Source: Candidatus Multivoradales bacterium (GTDB lineage: Bacteria; Acidobacteriota; Thermoanaerobaculia; Multivoradales; JAHEKO01). From it: a stretch of 64,000 nucleotides of DNA. The translations under genes were made by a program, and so were the position numbers. Below, piece after piece: positions 47,650-57,473 of this stretch (within the stretch, counting starts at the first letter, position 1; every line of letters starts with the position of its first letter). The DNA is taken from assembly GCA_965223855.1 (NCBI GenBank), contig CBDCXM010000009.1, positions 1,568,001-1,632,000 on the forward strand, read 5' to 3'. A model generated the notes under the pieces. The model was not told the origin of the DNA and made no database searches. It was given only the letters and a program-made list of their open reading frames with translations.

Positions 47650-49317
47650 ATGCGCCATCGCTGGATCTTCTGTCTCGCCATCCTCGCCCTCGCAGCGGCT
47701 CCCGGATCGGGTGCCGAGCGGATCTCGAACGCCGAGCCGTACGTCAGCGAGGTCGTCGTGCCGCACGTCTTCAACGGCGACCTGCGGAGCTTCGACACCG
47801 TGGCGTCGTGGAACCCAGGCGACCCGATCGAGGTGGTGCCCGAAGGTCTCTTTGCCGAAGAGGGCTCCGAGGGAGATCCGAGCTGGGTCGATCCGGTGCG
47901 GCAGGATGCCCCGGTGGGAGGCGACTCGCTCTTCGCCGGCGAGGTGGTGACCGACTTCCAGGCGATGAACTTCACCGGCGCGCTGCCGCCGGACGTCGTC
48001 GGCGACGTCGGTCCCGACCACTACATCGCGATGGCCAACGCGTCGCGCTTCTCGATCTTCGACAAGGACGGCAACGTGCTCGCCGGGCCGCTGGCGCTCA
48101 ACACGCTCTGGACCGGCGGCTCGTCGCCTTGCACCGACGGCGACGGCGATCCGATCGTCCGCTACGACGGGCTGGCGGACCGGTGGTTCATGACCGAGTT
48201 CGACCTCACCGGCAACACCTTCTGCTGGTACGTCTCCCAGGGCCCCAACCCGGTGACCGACGGCTGGTTCGTCTACGACTTCTCGGCGCCGTCGTTCCCC
48301 GACTATCCGCAGTACGGGGTGTGGCCGGGGGCGTACTTCGTCACCACCTTCGAGAGCCCGTCGCTCGGCCTCTACGCCTTCGACCGCAACCAGATGCTCA
48401 ACGGCGATCCGGCGACCTACCAGCGCTTCACGGTGCCGCAGCTCGTCGGCTCGTCACCCCGCGTGACTCGTATGCTGCCCGCCGACGTCGACGGCACGAC
48501 GGCCCCTCTGGACGGCGACGAGGGCCTCTTCGCCCGCACCGTCGACGCGACTCAGGACAACACCGATCCGACCGATCGGATCGAGATGTTCGCGTTCTTC
48601 GTCGACTTCGTCACGCCTGCGAACTCCTCGCTTTCCCAGATGAACGACGTGATTCCGGAGTCGTTCACCCTGCTGCCGTGTTCGCCGACGGTGCGGGACT
48701 GCGTGCCGCAACCCGGCACCTCGCGACGGCTCGATGCGCTCTTCAACCGCTCGCTACGCCGTCTGCAGTTCCGGCGTTTCGGTGACGAGGACAGGCTCGT
48801 GACGACCCAGGTGGTCGATGCGGGCGGCGGCATCGCCGGCAAGCGCTGGTACGAGCTTCGTCGGACCATCACCGGCGACTTCCCGGAGGGCTCGGCTCCC
48901 TTCTCGATCCATCAGCAGGGCACCTACTCGCCGGACAGCGTCGAGCGGTTCATGGGCTCGATCGCCCAGAACGGGCGCGGCGACATCGCGCTCGGCTATT
49001 CCGTCAGCGACGCCACTTCGACCCTGCCGGGCATCCGCGTCACGGCGCGCAGGTCGGGGGATCCTCTCGGCGAGATGACGATGGAGGAGCTCGAGATCAA
49101 GGCCGGCGAGGGAGTCCAGACCTCGACGCAGCGCTGGGGCGACTACACGTCGATGAACGTCGATCCGGCGGATGACGACACCTTCTGGTACGTCAATCAG
49201 TTCGTGCGGACGAACGGCACGTGGGCGACCTATGTCGGCGCCATCCGCCTGACCGGCCTGATCGAGGACGGCTTCGAAAGCGGCGACACCTCGGCGTGGT
49301 CCGACACCGTTCCCTGA
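47650..49317 (+). CDS. Secreted beta-rich protein with C-terminal DGFESGD tail
   Basis: Signal peptide; PPD..GDVGPDHY, GDP..YD..ADRW, FPDYP, RWGDY; ends IEDGFESGDTSAWSDTVP. Confidence 0.85.
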   Translation: MRHRWIFCLAILALAAAPGSGAERISNAEPYVSEVVVPHVFNGDLRSFDTVASWNPGDPIEVVPEGLFAEEGSEGDPSWVDPVRQDAPVGGDSLFAGEVVTDFQAMNFTGALPPDVVGDVGPDHYIAMANASRFSIFDKDGNVLAGPLALNTLWTGGSSPCTDGDGDPIVRYDGLADRWFMTEFDLTGNTFCWYVSQGPNPVTDGWFVYDFSAPSFPDYPQYGVWPGAYFVTTFESPSLGLYAFDRNQMLNGDPATYQRFTVPQLVGSSPRVTRMLPADVDGTTAPLDGDEGLFARTVDATQDNTDPTDRIEMFAFFVDFVTPANSSLSQMNDVIPESFTLLPCSPTVRDCVPQPGTSRRLDALFNRSLRRLQFRRFGDEDRLVTTQVVDAGGGIAGKRWYELRRTITGDFPEGSAPFSIHQQGTYSPDSVERFMGSIAQNGRGDIALGYSVSDATSTLPGIRVTARRSGDPLGEMTMEELEIKAGEGVQTSTQRWGDYTSMNVDPADDDTFWYVNQFVRTNGTWATYVGAIRLTGLIEDGFESGDTSAWSDTVP

Positions 49318-49352
49318 TCCGGAGACCATGGCCGGCCGGCATCGCCCTCGCC

Positions 49353-50156
49353 ATGGCGATGCCGGTCGCCGTCGCCGCGGCAGTCCAGGAGCCAGCCCAG
49401 GAGCCGGTCGAGGAAGCGGTCGAGCCGGCGTGGTCGCTGGTGCATCGCACGTGGTCCCGGTCGACAGCCGACGTCGAGCGCCTGCGGATCGAGAACCGCT
49501 GGGGGGACATCCGGCTTCGTGGCGGTGAGGGAGACCGGGTCGAGCTGGCGGCCGCCGTGCAGCAGATCGAGGGTGACGGAGCTCGCTTCGAGGTCCGCAA
49601 CGAGCTGCGTGGAGGGGAACTCCTCGTCTGGGTGGAGTTCGAGGGCGGTGACGCGGTCGCTTCGGAAGGGGAAGAGGCGGACCGGCGGCGGATCGACGTC
49701 GCCGTCGCGCTTCCGGTCCAGCTGGCGCTCAACGCTCTCGCCACCGGCGGGCTCGTCGAGCTGACCGATCTCAGCTCGCCCGTCACCGTGACCACCACGT
49801 CGGGACCGATCGTCTTCGTCGGCACGGCGCCGCTCGAGGCGATCAGCGAGTCGGGAGCCGTGCGGGCGCAGTTCCGGGGCAGCGCCTCCCAGGACTCCGG
49901 CTCGACGATCACGACCGTGCGCGGCTCGATCGACGTCGAGCTGCTGGCCGACGGCGCGGCGACCTTCGAGGTCACCACACGCGGTTCGATCACCACCGAT
50001 TACTCGATCGAGATCGAGCGCGATCCGAAGGGGACCGCCAAGCGGGGGGTGGCCCGGGTCGGTGAGGGCGGGGCGACGATCCGGATCGATTCGCGGCGCG
50101 GCGACGTGCGCCTGCGAGCGCTGGTGGCTCCCGAGGCGGCGCGCGAGGACGGCTGA
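49353..50156 (+). CDS. DUF4097/adhesin-like beta-repeat protein (start uncertain)
   Basis: Repeated T.SG.I / T.RGSI / SRRGDV motifs. Confidence 0.7.
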   Translation: MAMPVAVAAAVQEPAQEPVEEAVEPAWSLVHRTWSRSTADVERLRIENRWGDIRLRGGEGDRVELAAAVQQIEGDGARFEVRNELRGGELLVWVEFEGGDAVASEGEEADRRRIDVAVALPVQLALNALATGGLVELTDLSSPVTVTTTSGPIVFVGTAPLEAISESGAVRAQFRGSASQDSGSTITTVRGSIDVELLADGAATFEVTTRGSITTDYSIEIERDPKGTAKRGVARVGEGGATIRIDSRRGDVRLRALVAPEAAREDG

Positions 50157-50181
50157 TCTTCCAGCCGGGCGTCAGCCGGCG

Positions 50182-50616
50182 TCAGTCGGCGAGCGTCTCC
50201 TCTTCGCGCCATACCGCACTGCCGTCGGCGTAGTGCTCCTGCTTCCAGATCGGCACTTCGCACTTGAGCCGTTCGAGCGTCATCCGGCTGGCGGTGTAGG
50301 CGGCGTCGCGGTGGGGGGCAGCGGCGGCGATGACGACGCTGGGCTCGCCGGCGGCAACCTCGCCGAGCCGGTGATGGATCGCCAGTGCGAGGTCGGTCGC
50401 CTCGGCGACGAGCTCGGCGACGATGCGCTCCAGCCGCTCGAGCGCCATCGGCTGATAGGCGTCGTAGGTCAGGCTGGTGACCCGGCGGCCGTGATGGTGG
50501 TTGCGCACCGTCCCGACGAAGAGCGCCACGGCGCCGCGGCTCGGCGAGCGCACCAGCGCCGCCGCCGGTTCCACTTCGAGCGGCCCCTCGACCAGCCGCA
50601 CGGCGTCGCCGCCCAC
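50182..50616 (-). CDS. moaE: Molybdopterin synthase catalytic subunit
   Basis: FVGTVR, HRLG, APHR, LKCEVPIWKQE. Confidence 0.95.
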   Translation of the reverse strand: MGGDAVRLVEGPLEVEPAAALVRSPSRGAVALFVGTVRNHHHGRRVTSLTYDAYQPMALERLERIVAELVAEATDLALAIHHRLGEVAAGEPSVVIAAAAPHRDAAYTASRMTLERLKCEVPIWKQEHYADGSAVWREEETLAD

Positions 50617-50617
50617 C

Positions 50618-50863
50618 TCAGCCCCCGGAGACCGGCGGCAGCAGGGCGATTTCCTGCCCGGCGGTGAGGGTCGGGTTGCCGCGCTCGATGTGGCCGTCGA
50701 TCGCGATGGCGATGCGCTCCCACTGGCCGACGAGCGACGGATGGACCGACGACAGCGCCCGTTGCAGGGTGTCGAGGTCGGCGCCGTCCTCCAGCGGGAA
50801 CTCGAACTCGGCGAGGCCGATCGACTCCCGGGCCGAGGCGAAGGCGAGGATGCGAACTTCCAT
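50618..50863 (-). CDS. moaD: Molybdopterin synthase sulfur carrier subunit
   Basis: FASARE; C-terminal PPVSGG. Confidence 0.95.
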   Translation of the reverse strand: MEVRILAFASARESIGLAEFEFPLEDGADLDTLQRALSSVHPSLVGQWERIAIAIDGHIERGNPTLTAGQEIALLPPVSGG

Positions 50864-51016
50864 GGAGCGTCGAGTTTACGCTCTGCGCACCGATGCGCCG
50901 AGCCGTCGAGGGTGGACGTCGCCCGCTTGTAGAATGCCGCCGCTCCCGACCGACCGGGGACGTCGCCGGCAACGGCCGATCCTCACGACCCGCTCGGGGC
51001 GCGAAGAGGGGACGTG

Positions 51017-52681
51017 ATGGCGAAACTCGAGACGACACTGAAACGCGACGCGACCTTCGCCCAGCGCGCGGCGCACTGGCGGGCGAAGCTCGACGCGATC
51101 GAGGAGGGGGCGGCGCGGATCCGCCAGGGCGGCGGCGAGGCGCGGATGGCGAAGCATCGCGCCAAGGGGAAGATGACCGCTCGTGAACGGATAGAGGCGC
51201 TGTGCGATCCGGGGAGCGACTTCCTGGAGCTCGGCCTGTGGGTCGCCCACGGCTTCTACGAGGAGCACGGCGGGGCGCCGGCCGCCGGCGTCGTCACCGG
51301 GCTGGGGAAGATCCACGACCGCGACGTGGTGGTGGTGGCCAACGACGCCACCGTCAAGGCGGGCGCCTGGTTCCCGCTGACCTGCAAGAAGGTGCTGCGG
51401 GCGCAGGAGATCGCGCTCGAGAACCGGTTGCCGATGGTCTATCTGGTCGACTCGGCGGGGGTGTTCCTGCCGCTCCAGGACGAGATCTTCCCCGACAAGG
51501 AGCACTTCGGCCGCGCCTTCTACAACAACGCCCGGCTCTCTGCCGAGGGGGTGTTCCAGATGGCGGCGATCATGGGGCCGTGCGTCGCCGGCGGTGCCTA
51601 CCTGCCGATCATGAGCGACGAGGCGCACATCGTCGAAGGGACCGGGTCGATCTTCCTCGCCGGCTCTCACCTGGTGAAGGCGGCGATCGGGGAGTCGATC
51701 GACAACGAGGAGCTGGGCGGGGCGATGGTGCAGTGCGACGTCTCCGGGGTCGTCGATCATCGGCATCCCGACGACGCGAGCTGTCTCGCCAAGATCCGCG
51801 CGCAGTTCCGCCAGCTCGGCGAGGCCGGCCGGGCGCCGTTCGCCCGTCAGGCGGCGGTCGAGCCGGAGTACGAGGGGGAGGAGCTCTTCGGCGTGCTGCC
51901 GGTCGATCGTTCGCGCCCGTACGACATGCGCGAGCTGCTCTCGAGGCTCGTCGACGGCAGCGAGCTCGAGGAGTACAAGGCGACCTACGGCCAGACGCTC
52001 GTGTGCGGTACCGGCTGGATCGAGGGGTGGGCGGTCGGCATCGTCGCCAACCAGCGCTCGATCGTCGATCGGCGCACCGGTACCGGCGAGCGCGACAAGG
52101 AGATCCAGATCGGCGGCGTCGTCTACTCGGAGGCGGCCGACAAGGGGGCGCGCTTCGTCGAGCTGTGCAACCAGAAGCGGATCCCGCTGCTGTTCGTCCA
52201 GGACGTCACCGGCTTCATGGTCGGCTCGCGCGCCGAGCGCGGCGGCATCATCAAGGACGGCGCCAAGATGGTAAATGCGGTCGCCAACTCGGTGGTGCCG
52301 AAGATCACGCTGTTCGTCGGCAACTCCTACGGCGCCGGCAACTATGCGATGTGCGGCAAGGCGTACGGGGCGCGCTTCCTCTACGCCTGGCCGTCGGCCT
52401 CGATCGCCGTGATGGGCGGCTCCCAGGCGTCGAAGACGCTGCTGGGCATCCAGCTCAAGAACCGCGGCGCCGACGTGAGCGACGAGGAGAAGCAGGAGCT
52501 GCTGGCGCGGATCGAGAAGCACTACGACGACGCGATGGATCCGCGCTACGCCGCCGCGCGCCTGTGGGTCGACGCGATCATCGATCCGTCCGAGACCCGC
52601 GCCGTGCTGGGCCGCTCGCTGGCGGCGGTCGCCTGCAACCCCGACGTGCCGGAGTTCAAGACCGGCGTGCTGCAGACGTGA
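51017..52681 (+). CDS. Acyl-CoA carboxylase carboxyltransferase subunit (methylcrotonyl-CoA carboxylase beta-like)
   Basis: KMTARERI, ANDATVKAG, DSAGVFLP, GNSYGAGNYAMCG. Confidence 0.93.
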   Translation: MAKLETTLKRDATFAQRAAHWRAKLDAIEEGAARIRQGGGEARMAKHRAKGKMTARERIEALCDPGSDFLELGLWVAHGFYEEHGGAPAAGVVTGLGKIHDRDVVVVANDATVKAGAWFPLTCKKVLRAQEIALENRLPMVYLVDSAGVFLPLQDEIFPDKEHFGRAFYNNARLSAEGVFQMAAIMGPCVAGGAYLPIMSDEAHIVEGTGSIFLAGSHLVKAAIGESIDNEELGGAMVQCDVSGVVDHRHPDDASCLAKIRAQFRQLGEAGRAPFARQAAVEPEYEGEELFGVLPVDRSRPYDMRELLSRLVDGSELEEYKATYGQTLVCGTGWIEGWAVGIVANQRSIVDRRTGTGERDKEIQIGGVVYSEAADKGARFVELCNQKRIPLLFVQDVTGFMVGSRAERGGIIKDGAKMVNAVANSVVPKITLFVGNSYGAGNYAMCGKAYGARFLYAWPSASIAVMGGSQASKTLLGIQLKNRGADVSDEEKQELLARIEKHYDDAMDPRYAAARLWVDAIIDPSETRAVLGRSLAAVACNPDVPEFKTGVLQT

Positions 52682-52689
52682 CCGCCACG

Positions 52690-53301
52690 ATGGCGCTGGC
52701 ACAGAGAGTTGTCGGCCAGGAGGCGGGTCAGGAGGCGCTGGCGCAGGTCGGGGAGCTCGCCGACCGGATCGGCGGTTCGGTCGGCACGGTCGCCGCCGTC
52801 GTCATCGGCGCCCTGCTGATCCTCTTCGGTCGCAAGCTCTACTGGCTGGCGGCCGGCGTCGTCGGCTTCGGCGCCGTCTTCATGCTCACCCGTCGTCTGG
52901 TGCCCGAGCTCTCCCCGGAGGCGCTCCTCATCACCGCGGTCGTCGCCGGCATCGTCGGCGCGGCGCTGGCAATCTTCGCCCACAAGGTGCTGCTGGGGCT
53001 CGTGGGCGGCGCCGGCGGCGCGCTGATCGGCCTGTGGCAGGCCCAGGCGTGGGGCGTCGAGCAGGGGGTCGGCTGGCTGGTCGCGGCCGTCGTCGGCGGC
53101 CTGCTGGGAGCGTGGCTGGTGGCGAAGCTCTTCGAGTTCGCGCTGGTGCTCCTGAGCTCGCTCCTCGGCGCGCAGCTGGTGGTCGACGGGCTGACGCCGC
53201 CGTCGAAGTGGGTGTTGCCGGTCTTCGTGGTGCTGGTGGCGGTTGGATTGCTCGCGCAGCTTCGCGGCAGGAGACGCAGGAAGAGGTCGGACTCGAGCTG
53301 A
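52690..53301 (+). CDS. Multi-pass membrane protein (DUF4203-like)
   Basis: 3' part of the 51202-53301 frame; LFGRKLY, six Gly-rich TM helices. Confidence 0.8.
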   Translation: MALAQRVVGQEAGQEALAQVGELADRIGGSVGTVAAVVIGALLILFGRKLYWLAAGVVGFGAVFMLTRRLVPELSPEALLITAVVAGIVGAALAIFAHKVLLGLVGGAGGALIGLWQAQAWGVEQGVGWLVAAVVGGLLGAWLVAKLFEFALVLLSSLLGAQLVVDGLTPPSKWVLPVFVVLVAVGLLAQLRGRRRRKRSDSS

Positions 53302-53400
53302 CATGGGCAGATCTGGAATCTGCATGCGGCGTGGGGTGGGTGCGGCTCTATGTCATGATCGAGATAAGGTTCTGATTCTTCGTGTCGAGAGGAGTTCGTG

Positions 53401-56046
53401 ATGCGAGTCTGGTCACGTTGTCTTGTTTGCTCGTTCCTTGGTTTCGTTCCCGCTGCCATCTCGGAACCAGAGCCGGTCGTGGATCGGGAAGTAGTGCGAG
53501 GGGAGGCGGACACTCTCCTGCTGGGGGAGATGTGGAACGTCGTGGACGAGCATCGGAACTGGCAAAGGCGTGCAGCCCGAGCCGCGGAGCTCGGTGTCTC
53601 GCTAGCCGGAGGCAAGCGTTCTTCCGAGGAGTCCCTCAGCCGACTCGACCGACTGACGGCTTATCTCCCTCGAGAGAGTGGCCGCCGGCGAGTACTCGAA
53701 CGTAAGTGGCGGCGGCTGCGGAGGGAATTGCTCGAGGGCAGGGCCTCGGCAGCGCCGGAAGGCCTGGCGCTGGAGTTCGAAGCTCGGCCGGTACGGCCCG
53801 CGAGCGATTGCGGCGAAGCTGGGGCGGCTCCGCTAAAGGTTGGCGAGGGGCCGGTGAGCTGGGTGGCGGCGGAGTCGGACGAATCGTGGTTCCTGCTCGA
53901 GGGGGTGCCTCTCGAGCCCGCACTTCTGATGACAGTGGGTTCGGCGGCAGACACGCACCTGACGGTCTACGAGGCCTGCAATGGCAAGGTTGTGGCTTCC
54001 AACGACGACGGCTCGGGACTGTGGTCGATGGTCACGGCAGCACTGCCCTTCACCGGCTCGGCGTGGGTGCGAATCACGCGCCTTGCAGGTCGCGCTGGAG
54101 CGCCGATGCGCCTTGTGGCAGAGGGTGGCGACTCAGGAGTCCTCACGGGGAGCGTCGTCGAGGAAGGCTCGGGAGCTCCTCTCCCGTTCGTCAGTGTGGT
54201 GGCCTTGACTTCCCTGGGCTTCTTTGCCGGGTCCGACTGGACCGATTCAGCCGGAATCTACGAGATCGAGGGCCTCGAGGACGGCAGCTACTACCTCCTG
54301 ACGGAGTTTACGGACGAATACGTCGATGAGCTATGGGACGACCATCCGTGCGACCCGATTTGCGACCCTCTCACGGGCGACCTGGTGGCGGTCACGCAGA
54401 CGATTCCCGGAGTGGCGAACTTCGAGCTCTCGCCCGGGGGGATGGCGAGCGGAGTGATCCTCGAAACTGGAGGGGGGCCGCTGGCATCGGATGTCCGGCT
54501 GGAGGATGCTGACGGCTTCATCTCCGAGTTCGCCTCTACTGACGCGGCGGGTCGCTTCACCTTCACCGGGCTGCCGACGGGAACCTACTTCGTCTACACG
54601 AGGAGCTTCGAAGGCTTCAGGGACGAGGTCTTCGACGACATTCCGTGTGTCGATTTCTGCGATCCTCAGAGCGGAACTCCGATTGCCGTGACCCAGGGAG
54701 TCGAGACGACCGGGATCGACTTTTCTCTGGATCGCCTAGGTACGCTCGCAGGGAGAGTGGTGCAGTCATCGACTGGACAACCGATCCCGTTCGCGAACCT
54801 GCGGGTGGTGTCTGCCGCAGACGGCGGATCGTCCGACTTCCCGGATGCTGACGTGGGCGGCTACTGGCGCAGCCGCGGTCTCGAACCCGGCACGTACTTC
54901 GTCGCGACGAGCGAGTCGGACGTCTATCGCAACGAGGTGTTCGACGGCGTTCCGTGCGGCACGAGCTGCGATCCCCAGAGCGGCACCCCTATCTCTCTAG
55001 GGATCGATGAAGAGGTGGGGGGTATCGATTTCGCTCTCGAGCGTTTGGGCTGGCTGTCCGGCAGGGTCAGTGACGCAGCTTCCGGAGCGGCGGTGCTCGA
55101 TATCGATGTTGAGCTATGGCTGGATGACTCCACCTTTGTGGATTGGACGCAGCCATTCTCCTCGGGGTACTTCGAGGTTACCGATCTCCACCCGGACTCC
55201 TACCTGGTGGTGACAGCAGAGAGTGAAACGCACATCGACGAGGCTTGGGACGGTGTCCCGTGTCCCTTCGGGCCCTTCGACGGTTGCCTTCCCTCTGACG
55301 GAAGCCCGGTTGCGGTGGCGTTGGCGGCTGGCACGGGGGGCATCGACTTCGAGCTCGACCTGGGAGGTTCGGTGACGGGAAGGGTTTCCGACGAGTTCCT
55401 CGGCGAGGGGCTCGAGGGCGTGGGAGCTGCTCTCACCGACTCCGCAGGAGTCCAGCGCCGGTATTCCGATCTGAGCGATGGAAGAATCGGTTTTTTCGGC
55501 CTCCCGGCTGGCGACTATCGCGTCTTCAGCGACACGTTCACCCACCTCAACGAGGTCTGGGACGACATTCCCTGTGGCTCGATCTGCGACCCGCTGGCGG
55601 GGGATCCGATCGCGGTTTCGCTTGGGGAGGAAACGGCGGGCATCGACCTCGCGCTCGCCCTTGAGGGAGGTCTTCGCGGCACCATTACCAACGCTCTCGG
55701 TGAACCGGTGGAAGGTGTCATCCTGCATGTCTGGACCGACGACGGCCAGATCGTGGCGGCCGGTGCCAGCGACGAGAACGGGCGCTACCAGGTCGATCTC
55801 GAATCGGGCGTCTACTACGTCTCGACCGAGAACTCGCTCGGCGTGCCGGAGGAGCTGTGGGACGACATTCCCTGCCCCGGCGGACCCGCCAGCCAGGGGG
55901 GGTGCGACCCGACCACCGGCGATCCGGTTACCGTCGTCGGTGCCCAGGCAGCGGTCGCCGGCATCGACTTCGAGCTCGGCTCGACGATCTTCGCCGACGG
56001 CTTCGAGTCCGGCGACACCTCGGCCTGGTCGGTGACGGTGCCTTAG
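53401..56046 (+). CDS. Large secreted protein with six carboxypeptidase-regulatory-like repeats and DGFESGD tail
   Basis: GAGGAG RBS; 6x E.(W/F)D..PC...C.P..G....V....(GID/VAN)(F/L).L; ends IFADGFESGDTSAWSVTVP. Confidence 0.85.
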   Translation: MRVWSRCLVCSFLGFVPAAISEPEPVVDREVVRGEADTLLLGEMWNVVDEHRNWQRRAARAAELGVSLAGGKRSSEESLSRLDRLTAYLPRESGRRRVLERKWRRLRRELLEGRASAAPEGLALEFEARPVRPASDCGEAGAAPLKVGEGPVSWVAAESDESWFLLEGVPLEPALLMTVGSAADTHLTVYEACNGKVVASNDDGSGLWSMVTAALPFTGSAWVRITRLAGRAGAPMRLVAEGGDSGVLTGSVVEEGSGAPLPFVSVVALTSLGFFAGSDWTDSAGIYEIEGLEDGSYYLLTEFTDEYVDELWDDHPCDPICDPLTGDLVAVTQTIPGVANFELSPGGMASGVILETGGGPLASDVRLEDADGFISEFASTDAAGRFTFTGLPTGTYFVYTRSFEGFRDEVFDDIPCVDFCDPQSGTPIAVTQGVETTGIDFSLDRLGTLAGRVVQSSTGQPIPFANLRVVSAADGGSSDFPDADVGGYWRSRGLEPGTYFVATSESDVYRNEVFDGVPCGTSCDPQSGTPISLGIDEEVGGIDFALERLGWLSGRVSDAASGAAVLDIDVELWLDDSTFVDWTQPFSSGYFEVTDLHPDSYLVVTAESETHIDEAWDGVPCPFGPFDGCLPSDGSPVAVALAAGTGGIDFELDLGGSVTGRVSDEFLGEGLEGVGAALTDSAGVQRRYSDLSDGRIGFFGLPAGDYRVFSDTFTHLNEVWDDIPCGSICDPLAGDPIAVSLGEETAGIDLALALEGGLRGTITNALGEPVEGVILHVWTDDGQIVAAGASDENGRYQVDLESGVYYVSTENSLGVPEELWDDIPCPGGPASQGGCDPTTGDPVTVVGAQAAVAGIDFELGSTIFADGFESGDTSAWSVTVP

Positions 56047-56052
56047 GGCCTT

Positions 56053-57360
56053 CTAGCCTTCTTCGCCCTCGCGACTGCGATCGAGCTCGGCCGCCTGCGC
56101 GAGCCACTCGTCCCGCTCGATGCGATCGGGGAAGGTGCCGAGGTGGGAAGCGACCCAGTCGATGTTGGAGGGACTCCAAGAGGCGATCTGGCGGTAGTGG
56201 TAGACGCCGAGCTCGTTGAGCGTCGCCTCCAGGACCTGGCCGATGCCGCGGATCTTCTTGAGGTCGTCCCGCTCTCCCTCGGGGGCTTCGAGCAGCTCGG
56301 GGCCCTCTCCGGGGACCGGCTGCTCGGCCTTTGAAGTCGCAGGGGTGCCGTCGATGTCGACGAGCCTTGCTTCGAGGAGCGCCTCGAGCTCGCCCCGGGC
56401 CTGTTCGCGAGCCGTCTCGGCGCGCTCGGCGCGTTGGATCGCCTCGCGCAGCTGCTCTTCGAGCTCGCGGCTCTGCTCGCCTCCGGACTCCGCCGCCGAA
56501 CGCAACTGTTCGACCTCCTCTTCGAGGCCGGCGCGACTGGCGATGTGCGCCTCGAGATCGGCGATGCGGGCGCTGCGCCGGGAGAGCTCCTCGCGCAGGC
56601 TCTCGGTCTCTTCGGACGGGGCCGCGTCCGCGCCGGCGAGCCGACTCCTCAGGTGCCCGATCTCCTCGGCGACGGCGTCGCGCTCGGTCGTGGCGCGCTC
56701 GAGCTGGTGCCGCAGGTGGCGGGCCTCCTCCTCGCGCTTCGCTTCACCGAGCATCCACTCCTGAAACTCCGCCTTGACCTTGCGCAGCCGGTCGAGCTCG
56801 AGCCTGAGCGGCCCGAGGTCGGCGTCCGGGGTGCGGGAACGCTCGAACTCGGCGATCTGGTGGCGACCGCGGGCGACGGCCGCCTCGAGCTCGGCGATCC
56901 GCTCCCGGGAGCGGGCGAGTTCGTCGCTGAGCCGATCCAGATCCTCGTCGGTCTGGCGGCGCGCGGCGTCGAGATCCGCGCGCTCGCGGCGCCAGCGCTC
57001 GATCTCTCCCCGCAGCGCGCCGATCTCGGCGTCGCGCTCTTCGACCTCGCGCTCCCCCTGCTGGCGCTCCTCCGCCAGCAGGCGCTCGGATTCGCTCAGG
57101 TTGACGGCGACTTTGGCGGCACGCTGGTTGGCACGCTCGAGGTCGCCGCGGGCGGTGGCGAGTTCGTTGTCGAGCTCTTCCTCACGCGCCTGGAGGCCGC
57201 GGTTCTCGTCCTCGATCGCCAGCAGGCGCCGCTCCCACCCCTCCTCGGCGTCCGCGAGCCGGGCGCCGGCGCTGCTGCGCCCCAGCCACCAGCCGAGGAG
57301 CAGGCCGAGGAGGCCCGTCGCCAGCAAGCACAACGCGATCTGACCAACGAGGAAAGCCAT
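56053..57360 (-). CDS. Membrane-anchored coiled-coil protein with C-terminal HhH-like domain
   Basis: N-terminal TM; heptad-rich; DDLKKIRGIG...QIASW...RIERDEW. Confidence 0.85.
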   Translation of the reverse strand: MAFLVGQIALCLLATGLLGLLLGWWLGRSSAGARLADAEEGWERRLLAIEDENRGLQAREEELDNELATARGDLERANQRAAKVAVNLSESERLLAEERQQGEREVEERDAEIGALRGEIERWRRERADLDAARRQTDEDLDRLSDELARSRERIAELEAAVARGRHQIAEFERSRTPDADLGPLRLELDRLRKVKAEFQEWMLGEAKREEEARHLRHQLERATTERDAVAEEIGHLRSRLAGADAAPSEETESLREELSRRSARIADLEAHIASRAGLEEEVEQLRSAAESGGEQSRELEEQLREAIQRAERAETAREQARGELEALLEARLVDIDGTPATSKAEQPVPGEGPELLEAPEGERDDLKKIRGIGQVLEATLNELGVYHYRQIASWSPSNIDWVASHLGTFPDRIERDEWLAQAAELDRSREGEEG

Positions 57361-57473
57361 GGTTCCCGCCTCCGGTGAGAGGCTCGTGTCGGGGAAAGGC
57401 TCCAGGAGCCGACCCGCCCTGTCCGTGAACGGCGCAGGCTACCACGGCGTGGCGGTCGCCTCTGCGCGGCGGA

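Noticed and set aside
44899-48021. Long antisense or alternate-frame ORFs (1040 aa here; also 33272-35794, 29356-31155, 38653-40596, 50876-52702, and the 5' part of 51202-53301)
   Set aside because: Shadows of real high-GC3 genes, Arg/Pro/Gly-rich and without motifs
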